Below are positions 1 to 7,759 of a DNA stretch of 64,000 nucleotides, piece after piece. The DNA comes from a virus. Its lineage: Duplodnaviria; Caudoviricetes. The notes beneath the pieces were generated by a model that was not told the origin of the DNA, searched no databases, and was given only the letters and a program-made list of their open reading frames with translations. How positions within the stretch are numbered: the first letter of the stretch is position 1; every line of letters starts with the position of its first letter. A program made the position numbers and the translations under genes. Location: the IMG/VR virus record IMGVR_UViG_3300019742_000001. The stretch is one strand, 5' to 3'.

Positions 1-1
1 A

Positions 2-271
2 TTACATCATCTGGTTTAGTTCTTGTAAACCAGAATGATTTCTTTTTGATAGATAAAAATCAAAGGCAACCTTCAATTCTCTCTTGTGTTTCTCGTTCAT
101 ACTACCATAGATCTCATCTACGGTGATACCTTTATCAAGTTCACTAATAACACTTGATGCGGCTTTCATATAAAATCTCTCACCTACAGAATCAATTCGT
201 CCCATAATACTTTCTATGATATTAACCTTTTGTCCTGTATGAAGACCTACTATTTCATCAATTCTTCCCAT
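2..271 (-). CDS. hypothetical protein
   Basis: 89 aa ORF in line with the upstream operon; no motif recognised. Confidence 0.6.
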   Translation of the reverse strand: MGRIDEIVGLHTGQKVNIIESIMGRIDSVGERFYMKAASSVISELDKGITVDEIYGSMNEKHKRELKVAFDFYLSKRNHSGLQELNQMM

Positions 272-281
272 ATATCCCCCA

Positions 282-1031
282 CTAACTCAAATTTAAAGTA
301 AATTCTATTTTGTTACCACGTTTCTTTTGACTAAATTTTAGATCTAATGAATCAGCAATCTCAACTAAAGCAAAAATGACCTCATCGTGATCTGGACATG
401 ATACTACAACTTTATCATCATTAATATCCACATTTACTGTCTCACCAACACTTGATAATTTTACCTTACCACTTTTACCACTTAAAATAGTTTTGCTCAG
501 TGATCTACGATCAGATGATGACACTTTATCTGATATAGATTCAATAAGAACCTCTGATTGTTCAATAATTGTCTCTATAGAGTCATCATCTTTCAAAAAA
601 GTCTTTATTTTATCTGTAATATCCACATTTTCCTCCACTTTCTTTGTTTCTTCATCGTCATCGTGTAGTCTTGCAGTTTGATCTATGTCATTATCAGCAC
701 GTGCATCCATCTTCTGTTTGTCAAGTTGTAGTCTTCTGGCATCAGTATGTTTCCATAATCTGTCACCTAACATACCTTTTAAACTGGCTAATGTTTTGGA
801 GTAACTTTTAGACGAACCCATACCTTGACTATTATCAAATTCATCATAGTTCCAATCTTGTCCCAGTTCATCCGCAGTTACATATTTGATGGTAGCACCA
901 GTTAATCTATTAGGAACTTTAACAGGAACCATTTTTTCACCAAATATAGTTGTTCCCGTTACCAAGTCATCATCAGAACAAATACTCGCACCAGTTTTGG
1001 TTGTTTCTAAAAGAATATTTTTGAGTTTCAT
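282..1031 (-). CDS. hypothetical protein, possibly head-packaged
   Basis: 249 aa; N-terminus MKLKNILLE resembles a T4-type capsid-targeting leader. Confidence 0.6.
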   Translation of the reverse strand: MKLKNILLETTKTGASICSDDDLVTGTTIFGEKMVPVKVPNRLTGATIKYVTADELGQDWNYDEFDNSQGMGSSKSYSKTLASLKGMLGDRLWKHTDARRLQLDKQKMDARADNDIDQTARLHDDDEETKKVEENVDITDKIKTFLKDDDSIETIIEQSEVLIESISDKVSSSDRRSLSKTILSGKSGKVKLSSVGETVNVDINDDKVVVSCPDHDEVIFALVEIADSLDLKFSQKKRGNKIEFTLNLS

Positions 1032-1750
1032 TAGTAACTATACCATCCTTTGATTTTTTGTTTAATCATTCCCATATCAACCTCTTCACTGTCAACAAGA
1101 TATTTGCCACCATTGGTAATCAATTCATCCCGATAAAACTTACCTAACTCGTTTTGTAATGGTTGATTGTAGAAGTTATTTGTTTCTTTGTATAATGATG
1201 TTAAGACGTTATCAGTCAATTCACCTTCGTTATTACTAACCTCAACAAAGAAATTGAACTTTGATTTGTAATATGGTTTTAGTTTATTTATTGTCTCATA
1301 TGATTGGACGATAAAATCAGGATCAACATGTCTACCAATTCGTTCTTCTCGTTTTCTGGCTCGTTCAATGGCTACATCAAGGTCGGTATTAACCCATAAC
1401 ATACCAGTATCATACCCAAAACCTTCCAACATTCCTTTCCTACTGATAACATTTCCGGGTTTTGATGAAGTTCCGTCAATCCATAATGGTAACATACTAT
1501 TCACATATCCTGATAATTGACCAGAACTAATACGTTTAATATCTTCTTTGAAAAAAGACCATCCACCCTTTTGTTCAACCTTAAAAAACTCTGTCCATGT
1601 ATCAGTGTTAACTACACGTGGCTCTACTCCACCACCAAGTTTACTCCTGACAAATGACTTACCAGATCCCGGAGTTCCTGCCAAAAATATTGACTTCCAA
1701 ATACCTTTGTCATTAATACCTTCATTTAATATATAATCATTCAATCTCAT
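1031..1750 (-). CDS. zeta-toxin/AAA_33-like P-loop kinase
   Basis: Walker A GTPGSGKS, VNTD, IDGT and the late ERARKRE..GR.V segment typical of zeta-toxin-like kinases. Confidence 0.7.
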   Translation of the reverse strand: MRLNDYILNEGINDKGIWKSIFLAGTPGSGKSFVRSKLGGGVEPRVVNTDTWTEFFKVEQKGGWSFFKEDIKRISSGQLSGYVNSMLPLWIDGTSSKPGNVISRKGMLEGFGYDTGMLWVNTDLDVAIERARKREERIGRHVDPDFIVQSYETINKLKPYYKSKFNFFVEVSNNEGELTDNVLTSLYKETNNFYNQPLQNELGKFYRDELITNGGKYLVDSEEVDMGMIKQKIKGWYSY

Positions 1751-2085
1751 TTCGTACCATCCTTAATTGGATCTAATGTATTTGGGTATCTTATATCACC
1801 CATGTACCATCTACTTAATGGTACAAATTTTGTTACACCATCAACATTCCTAATAAAAATACCAATTATTGATATCTCTTCTATAATCCCTTCAAACCCA
1901 TCATATATTATAACAGTTCGTTTGGAAAATAGGTCAGAAAATCTTAGTCTAACATATATAGCAATGTTCTTAATGATATTTGTCAACATTAATGTAATAA
2001 AAAGAACAAGTAATGCCTTCCATAGAACAAAGTACAACTCTAATGGTACACCGTTAACTATATCTATGATGACATCTTTTTCCAT
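1747..2085 (-). CDS. minimal MscS-like membrane protein
   Basis: Hydrophobic helix followed by I.YDGFEGIIEEISIIGIFIRNVDG.TKFVP, resembling the MscS beta domain. Confidence 0.55.
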   Translation of the reverse strand: MEKDVIIDIVNGVPLELYFVLWKALLVLFITLMLTNIIKNIAIYVRLRFSDLFSKRTVIIYDGFEGIIEEISIIGIFIRNVDGVTKFVPLSRWYMGDIRYPNTLDPIKDGTK

Positions 2086-2087
2086 AA

Positions 2088-2480
2088 CTACTCCAATATA
2101 ATCGTTCTGGTCTGTTTCCCTTCTAATACAACATGTTCTGTACCATCTTTTGGTTGGTGTTTCCCTCTTGGCAAGAAAGTAATCAGGTCAATGTTACCTT
2201 GATTATCTATTGCACTAACAAAACCTTGTTTCAGACTTTTAGACCAGAAAAGGATCTCTTCCCCTGCACGAACACCTAATTCAATAGACTTTTCAATAGC
2301 TTCCTTAAATAATCGTTTTAATTCAGTTGTGGTAAGTTTATTGCGTTGTCCTATACGGTCAAGACCATGTTTGGTGTTAATAATCCATTTGTTCTTCCAG
2401 AAATACATAAATTTTGATCCTAAATTAAGGACATCATCCAAAATTCCCTCAGATACTAAGTAATTTTGTAGTTTACTCAT
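2088..2480 (-). CDS. hypothetical protein
   Basis: Start moved to MSKLQNYLVSE; HGLDRIGQR segment. Confidence 0.6.
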   Translation of the reverse strand: MSKLQNYLVSEGILDDVLNLGSKFMYFWKNKWIINTKHGLDRIGQRNKLTTTELKRLFKEAIEKSIELGVRAGEEILFWSKSLKQGFVSAIDNQGNIDLITFLPRGKHQPKDGTEHVVLEGKQTRTIILE

Positions 2481-2775
2481 TAGTATTCTCCGTTTGATCT
2501 TCATAACATTCTAATGAATATATAAGACCATCATTATATGATTTCATTTTCTTTATATTATCCACAAGAGTATTTATATTATATGCACTACCCAAATGAC
2601 TCGTATCTACAAGTTCTTTGTAGATTGGTGTTTCAGGTCTTGGACATTCATTATATACATATACGGTTTTAACTATAATCTGTTCTGGTGGAGTAGGTAT
2701 TGTCGGTTTAGGGCACCCACTAATCAGCAAACAGATCATTAATGTGAGTAACAGCGTCAGCACTCGTTTCATCAT
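2473..2775 (-). CDS. o-spanin (Rz1-like lipoprotein)
   Basis: Lipobox LLISGC, Pro-rich linker, several Cys; overlaps the end of the i-spanin gene. Confidence 0.75.
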   Translation of the reverse strand: MMKRVLTLLLTLMICLLISGCPKPTIPTPPEQIIVKTVYVYNECPRPETPIYKELVDTSHLGSAYNINTLVDNIKKMKSYNDGLIYSLECYEDQTENTNE

Positions 2776-3145
2776 TTACCACCTTACCCTGTGTTGGTAT
2801 AACAGGGGTTTCGTCATTATTAGTATAACAAACTTTGTTGTCATACTGGTTTTGCCAATACACGACCAATTGTTGTGTTTTTATCAGTTGTGATTTGATT
2901 GCGTTATTACTTGATACAAACCCATCCACAACTGAATTACTCTCTTCTATAATACCTTTTAATGTAGTTTCGTTATCAACACATGTATTATAATTAGATT
3001 CAATTACGACTACCTGTGACTCAAGTTTTAATATCTTCGCATCTTGTAATGTGTTGTTAACATACAGTGTACCACACGCCATAGTTAATAACATTATTGC
3101 TATGACTGTGGGTTTTTGTAATAAAGTTAAAGCCATTGTCCACAT
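2720..3145 (-). CDS. i-spanin (Rz-like)
   Basis: N-terminal TM helix then coiled coil; start MWTMAL after an AGGAGA RBS. Confidence 0.7.
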   Translation of the reverse strand: MWTMALTLLQKPTVIAIMLLTMACGTLYVNNTLQDAKILKLESQVVVIESNYNTCVDNETTLKGIIEESNSVVDGFVSSNNAIKSQLIKTQQLVVYWQNQYDNKVCYTNNDETPVIPTQGKVVNDETSADAVTHINDLFAD

Positions 3146-3155
3146 ATTTATCTCC

Positions 3156-3422
3156 TTATATTCTTGGTGGGGTTTCGTCATCGGTTGATTTAGTCGTAGT
3201 AGTGGGCGAACCAAACCAAGTAGACTTTTTCATCAGGTTGTATGTAGTTGCCGCAAGTAACATTTGCATATGTGATGGTTGTATATCACCTGTTCCCATT
3301 GTCCATGTCCAAATTGCCAAACCTAAGACTATTATAAAAGTTATACGACCTATTGACGCATATCTATATTTACCTTCGGTGTCACGCTCTGATACCAAAG
3401 ATATTAAAAAATCCCGTTTCAT
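3156..3422 (-). CDS. holin-like membrane protein
   Basis: 88 aa with TM segments and a polar tail, directly upstream of the spanins and behind a late promoter. Confidence 0.55.
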   Translation of the reverse strand: MKRDFLISLVSERDTEGKYRYASIGRITFIIVLGLAIWTWTMGTGDIQPSHMQMLLAATTYNLMKKSTWFGSPTTTTKSTDDETPPRI

Positions 3423-3448
3423 AAAACCTCCTTATATAATACTATTAA

Positions 3449-3456
3449 TATTTATA
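3449..3456 (-). promoter_or_regulatory. T4-type late promoter TATAAATA (lysis cassette)
   Basis: Exact TATAAATA on the minus strand 27 nt upstream of the holin-like start. Confidence 0.65.
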
Positions 3457-3462
3457 TAAAAA

Positions 3463-3496
3463 AATAGGGCAATACCCTTTCGGATATCACCCTATT
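3463..3496 (-). terminator. hairpin terminator after the JAB gene
   Basis: AATAGGG...CCCTATT inverted repeat. Confidence 0.55.
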
Positions 3497-3513
3497 ATCT
3501 TTGGAGGTTTTAT

Positions 3514-4605
3514 TTAATGTAATGTTGGTGGTTCAACTGGTGGATCTTCTTCCACATTACCATCTTGGTCAACCCAAACAACATCATCATCTTCTTCGGT
3601 TACTTCAAAAACTTCAAAAACTTGAATATCTTCTTTTAATAACTGGTTGATGATCAATAATTCATTTTCACCTTCACCTGTTCTCATAAAATCAGAAACT
3701 TCTTCTGCGGAATAATATTTCAACAGTTCATTACTGATTTCTACATCAGTCATCCCACTTGATTCTTGAATTGGAGGATCTTCATCTTCAAAAACAAATC
3801 CATCATAAGGATCATTTGGGTCATAATAACCAGTTTCAGGGTTTTGGTTACCGATCAAAGAGTTTACCATATTGGAACCCATAGAACGGATACCACGACC
3901 TATACCAAATGAAAATTGTTGATATGTAAAGGTATGAATCTTTGATGAAAACTCTTGTTCAAATTCTTCCATCACTTTTTCCAATGAATCTTCAACCTTA
4001 ACTGGATAGTTAAAGATGACATTTGGTCCCTCACATAGAACATAGTCATCACAAGGTGCTTTTAGTCGAACTTGACCTAAAATTGGTGACCGTGGTGAGG
4101 TTGAAACAACAATTGACACATCGTGGTTCTGGTTAATATATGCATCATCAGTTCCAGAGAAGAATGCTCCCATACTATGGTGAGAGTGGATTACTCCAAT
4201 GATATCACGACCTTCTGCCCATGTATACTCAACACTATTAACATTGACACCAGTTACATATTGTTTGTCAGGGATAACAAGATCCTCAACAACAATTGAC
4301 TGACTCTCATGGTCAACACTACCTTCCAAATACATCAACCATTCCAGTGATGGGTAATATCCTTGAAGTCGTTTGATTTTTTCGTCGGCAATATTTGTAA
4401 AATGGATCTGGTAAGTCGGTTTGTTCATATGAGAACAACCTTTTCGTACAACAATACCAGCATCCCAACAAGATTGTGATTCATTGATTTGTTTTGCGAA
4501 CGCACCACCTTTATTATGTTGTTCGATTAGATTTGTTACTTCCTCATCGCTCAATGGTTCTACAGGTGATACAAGTGGTGTTACAGGTTTAATAGGTTCG
4601 GTCAT
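3514..4605 (-). CDS. JAB/MPN+ metalloprotease (deubiquitinase-like) with acidic C-terminal extension
   Basis: JAMM motif: EWLMYL ... IHSHHSMGAFFSGTDD. Confidence 0.9.
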   Translation of the reverse strand: MTEPIKPVTPLVSPVEPLSDEEVTNLIEQHNKGGAFAKQINESQSCWDAGIVVRKGCSHMNKPTYQIHFTNIADEKIKRLQGYYPSLEWLMYLEGSVDHESQSIVVEDLVIPDKQYVTGVNVNSVEYTWAEGRDIIGVIHSHHSMGAFFSGTDDAYINQNHDVSIVVSTSPRSPILGQVRLKAPCDDYVLCEGPNVIFNYPVKVEDSLEKVMEEFEQEFSSKIHTFTYQQFSFGIGRGIRSMGSNMVNSLIGNQNPETGYYDPNDPYDGFVFEDEDPPIQESSGMTDVEISNELLKYYSAEEVSDFMRTGEGENELLIINQLLKEDIQVFEVFEVTEEDDDVVWVDQDGNVEEDPPVEPPTLH

Positions 4606-4645
4606 ATCTCATTCCTTTTGTTTATTGTTAACTGACTATGGGGGT

Positions 4646-4674
4646 AATATATATTACCCCCACTTTTATGTCAA
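4646..4674 (-). promoter_or_regulatory. sigma70-type promoter for JAB gene
   Basis: TTGACA-N17-TATATT; overlaps a GGGGGTAAT/ATTACCCCC hairpin. Confidence 0.6.
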
Positions 4675-4679
4675 GTTTT

Positions 4680-5273
4680 TTATACCGTGTAGAAATCTTT
4701 CAAGTGACAACCCATCTCACCACCACTATATTTCATAACCTTACCAACAGTAAGACACGCAATCATAATAGCAGGAACAGCCCACGATGGTGTTACACGA
4801 TATCCATCTTGTGTGTCACCAGAATCCCAAGTAGCAACACGATCATTCAAAGACATTCTTTCTCCATCGTAACCAGCTTTCACATACTTAGCACCGTATG
4901 CATCAGCCATTCGTTGGTTCTCAATTTGTGCGTCGTGGTTGTCAGTACAGTCAATAACCCAATCAACACCCTTTGGATAAGTATGGTCTTTCATTGGGAA
5001 AGGAAAGACTTTAACATTCATTTCAGGTCGAAGAGATTTTGTAACCTCCTTGACGATATCTGCTTTATTGCGACCAACAAAGTCAGTGGTCAAATCCAGA
5101 CGGTTAAGATTTGATTCTTCCAGTGTATCAGGATCAAATGCATATAGTTCTGTGACACCAGACATTGCGAGTAGTTTTGCTACATGGAATCCGATTCCAC
5201 CACAACCAACCACAACAACTTTCATTTCACGGTTAATTCCTTGGATCAGTTCTTGACGGTCATAAAAAGACAT
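4680..5273 (-). CDS. E1-like ThiF/MoeB adenylyltransferase
   Basis: RQ, VVVVGCGGIG, DPDTLEESNLNR, K and IDCTD motifs. Confidence 0.92.
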   Translation of the reverse strand: MSFYDRQELIQGINREMKVVVVGCGGIGFHVAKLLAMSGVTELYAFDPDTLEESNLNRLDLTTDFVGRNKADIVKEVTKSLRPEMNVKVFPFPMKDHTYPKGVDWVIDCTDNHDAQIENQRMADAYGAKYVKAGYDGERMSLNDRVATWDSGDTQDGYRVTPSWAVPAIMIACLTVGKVMKYSGGEMGCHLKDFYTV

Positions 5274-5317
5274 TTTGTTACCTTTCGATAGGGTTAATTT
5301 GTTTAGTAGGTAGAGAT

Positions 5318-5346
5318 AATATAAATGAAATCAGTTGTGGTGTCAA
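5318..5346 (-). promoter_or_regulatory. sigma70-type promoter for E1 gene
   Basis: TTGACA-N17-TATATT. Confidence 0.6.
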
Positions 5347-5349
5347 TAC

Positions 5350-5718
5350 CTAAACAACAACATCTAATCCTGTTTCCCACTTTTCTTCTGTGGCATCCCA
5401 TCCTTCGTTTTCGTTTTCAACCAGTGGTGATATATCTGGAAACTCTGAGAACACAAATGGATCTGTTTTACCTTCAAGATCAACTTGTTCTAACTCATCA
5501 TCCAAAATTTCCCAAGGTTCAGGTAGTCGGGTATCTTCAACATCTTTAATTGCCAATAAACGATAGACAGCAGTCCAAGTTGAACCACAATTAATGTCAT
5601 CAGAGCAACGATACGACTCCTCTAAGGTGCCATTTTTCAACAGACCTGTCGCTGTTATGTCACCCATAAAATCACCACATACGGGACAAATAGCTGGATT
5701 TACTCTCTCTTTTGTCAT
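5350..5718 (-). CDS. zinc-ribbon protein with acidic tail
   Basis: CPVC ... CSDDINC; D/E-rich C-terminal half. Confidence 0.65.
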   Translation of the reverse strand: MTKERVNPAICPVCGDFMGDITATGLLKNGTLEESYRCSDDINCGSTWTAVYRLLAIKDVEDTRLPEPWEILDDELEQVDLEGKTDPFVFSEFPDISPLVENENEGWDATEEKWETGLDVVV

Positions 5719-5734
5719 ACATCACCTATTGAGT

Positions 5735-5764
5735 AAAAAGGGGATGACTATTAATCATCCCCTT
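5735..5764 (-). terminator. intrinsic terminator after the E2-like gene
   Basis: AAGGGGATGA/TCATCCCCTT stem followed by a U-run on the minus strand. Confidence 0.7.
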
Positions 5765-5768
5765 GTTT

Positions 5769-6650
5769 TTATGTTGACCAGACAGAACCAACTTCACCAC
5801 GATCAGTAATACCAGACCGTTCGTCAGCTCTTGATACCTCATAAACAACCTCTCGGGCTTGTGCCCCCGTTAATACGTGTTGTTCCAGAGTTGACAGTCG
5901 TGGAAGACCACTTGGAGAACGATTACCGGGAGAGTCAGGATTGACATTCTCCAAAACAGCTAATGATTCTCGTGCGATAGATAGAATATCATCTGGTGTT
6001 TTCCATACATTGGTGAAACTCCAATCACCCCAACAATCAGTGTGACTATCCATTGAATGGTAATGTTCAAATTTGGATAGACCAATTGTTTTACGAACAA
6101 CTACCCGCTGAATACGGTCAGATTTTGTGATGATCTCAATTGTTACTGGTGAAATCATTCGTTTGGAGTATTTTGGTTCAATTGGTTGACCTGCAACTCG
6201 TTTTGGCCAGTAAACACCTTGATACAACCAAGTTAATACATCAGCACCATCTTGATGAGGGTTATGTTTAACCAGTGATAACCCTTGTTTTGCGTGGTCA
6301 AAAGTGATGTCTGGCATAATGTTTGCGGATGCCAGACGAGAGTTAAGATCCCGTTCTTTTTGTTCGTAATCTTGACGATTTTGTTCAACCATATAGGTCA
6401 TTTCAGACATTTTTTCATTCAAAACATCTTTAATTCGTTGAAGTTTCTCAGTCAACTTAGCGGAATATTCAGCACGAATATCATCTTCGGGTATAGATGA
6501 TTCTTCACTGACCTCAAATTTAACAACCTTACCACCAATACGGAGAGTCATACCTTCCGATTTGACCTCATCGATATCAAATGATGTGGCATCTAACACT
6601 TGTTCCATTGATTCTTTAATATCTTCGACTTCTGCTGTATCCCAAGCCAT
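5769..6650 (-). CDS. prokaryotic E2-like (UBC-fold) protein with N-terminal coiled coil
   Basis: FEHYHSMDSHTDCWG matches the E2 H-x-H/N...C active-site pattern, followed by a helix and LENVNPDSP; lies between Ubl and E1. Confidence 0.65.
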   Translation of the reverse strand: MAWDTAEVEDIKESMEQVLDATSFDIDEVKSEGMTLRIGGKVVKFEVSEESSIPEDDIRAEYSAKLTEKLQRIKDVLNEKMSEMTYMVEQNRQDYEQKERDLNSRLASANIMPDITFDHAKQGLSLVKHNPHQDGADVLTWLYQGVYWPKRVAGQPIEPKYSKRMISPVTIEIITKSDRIQRVVVRKTIGLSKFEHYHSMDSHTDCWGDWSFTNVWKTPDDILSIARESLAVLENVNPDSPGNRSPSGLPRLSTLEQHVLTGAQAREVVYEVSRADERSGITDRGEVGSVWST

Positions 6651-6681
6651 ATTTAGTTCCTTTCGTTTAGGGTGTAACTAC

Positions 6682-6710
6682 ATACTACATTTAACTCACA
6701 TCATTGTCAA
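6682..6710 (-). promoter_or_regulatory. sigma70-type promoter for E2-like gene
   Basis: TTGACA-N17-TAGTAT. Confidence 0.6.
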
Positions 6711-6713
6711 TTT

Positions 6714-6742
6714 AAAAGGGGTTGAATCGTCAACCCCTTTTT
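6714..6742 (-). terminator. intrinsic terminator after Ubl
   Basis: AAAAGGGGTTGA atcg TCAACCCCTTTT. Confidence 0.75.
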
Positions 6743-6761
6743 CATCAATCATTACAGTGAC

Positions 6762-6983
6762 TTATACTCCAGCAACCTCATAAGGTCGGATTTCAAGAGA
6801 CATACCAGCGTCAAGAGTAGCAGGTGCTTGTGCTGGATCAATTTCAGTTCCATCCAAGATCACTCGGAATTTACCAAGACCAGCATCCTTTGCGGCTCCA
6901 ACCACGGTGTCACGGAAAGAAGAACCAGAAGCGATAGTAGAAGTAGAACCATTGATAGTAAGAGTAGTGTTTGTTTCAGCCAT
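6762..6983 (-). CDS. ubiquitin-like (beta-grasp) protein, 73 aa, C-terminus AG-V
   Basis: Start MAETN with AGGAGA RBS; beta-beta-alpha-beta-beta pattern, KFRVILDG and LEIRPYEVAGV*. Confidence 0.85.
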   Translation of the reverse strand: MAETNTTLTINGSTSTIASGSSFRDTVVGAAKDAGLGKFRVILDGTEIDPAQAPATLDAGMSLEIRPYEVAGV

Positions 6984-7047
6984 TTTTAAATCTCCTAGAT
7001 TTGTGATTGTGAGGGAAATTCCTCGGTTAGTGTAACTCGTAATTTGT

Positions 7048-7076
7048 ATTAAACAGTATTTTCGGTTTGTTGTCAA
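7048..7076 (-). promoter_or_regulatory. sigma70-type promoter for Ubl
   Basis: TTGACA-N17-TTTAAT. Confidence 0.55.
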
Positions 7077-7234
7077 TAACTATTTTCTGAAAAAAATATC
7101 TGGTTTGTCGGGTTCTCACCATTCCGCTCCGACTAAGTTTCCGTGGTAATCAACGGGTGGAAACCAGAACCATCAAACAATCTTTCGTCATCAGGTAGAA
7201 ACAATTTACCATTTGTTGATGGGATAGTCAACCG

Positions 7235-7738
7235 TTATTCTTTAGTGTCCCACATTTCTTTATCAGTGACTTCCCAAGAACTTTGTTGACTTTTCCAAGG
7301 ATTATTTTTCAAGTCACCAGTTGGTAATGAACAGTTCATTCGTAAGAAATCCCATCCCTTTTCAGTTGCCTCAGAATTATATACATCCTCTTCCAACAAG
7401 TCAATCTTTTTTGTTAACCAACAATTGGTTTCTTCCTGAAACGTTCCTATATTACGAACATAGTTCTTATGGTATTCGTAATAACGATCAATGTCTGATT
7501 GTGTTGGTGGTTGAGAGTGATCTTCTGATGCACACAGTGTAGCCTCTTTCTCCACCATCCTCAGTGTCTCAAGAATCTCAAGAGCTTGTCGTTTGGTAAC
7601 AACTTGACCATTAGGTAGTTTGATTTCCTCGTTTAATGCTTCGGTTTGAGTTTCAATCTCTTCACTAAACATCCAACTCATTACCCTGTCATTAACCTTT
7701 GACTTGATACTTGATAGTTTTGATTTAATTCCTGCCAT
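7235..7738 (-). CDS. hypothetical protein
   Basis: 167 aa ORF with RBS. Confidence 0.6.
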   Translation of the reverse strand: MAGIKSKLSSIKSKVNDRVMSWMFSEEIETQTEALNEEIKLPNGQVVTKRQALEILETLRMVEKEATLCASEDHSQPPTQSDIDRYYEYHKNYVRNIGTFQEETNCWLTKKIDLLEEDVYNSEATEKGWDFLRMNCSLPTGDLKNNPWKSQQSSWEVTDKEMWDTKE

Positions 7739-7759
7739 TGTTATCCCTTTCAGTATAAT

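Noticed and set aside
4680-6983. ThiS/ThiF or MoaD/MoeB sulfur-relay interpretation of the Ubl-E1 pair
   Set aside because: No thiamine, molybdopterin, cysteine or tRNA-thiolation genes are nearby, while an E2-like gene and JAB are present; not fully excluded
7095-7200. Hammerhead-like CTGATGA-C-GAAA and a multi-hairpin upstream of the Ubl promoter
   Set aside because: No stem II or matching stems I/III can be built; the segment also reads as a plausible 32-codon ORF followed by a terminator-like hairpin
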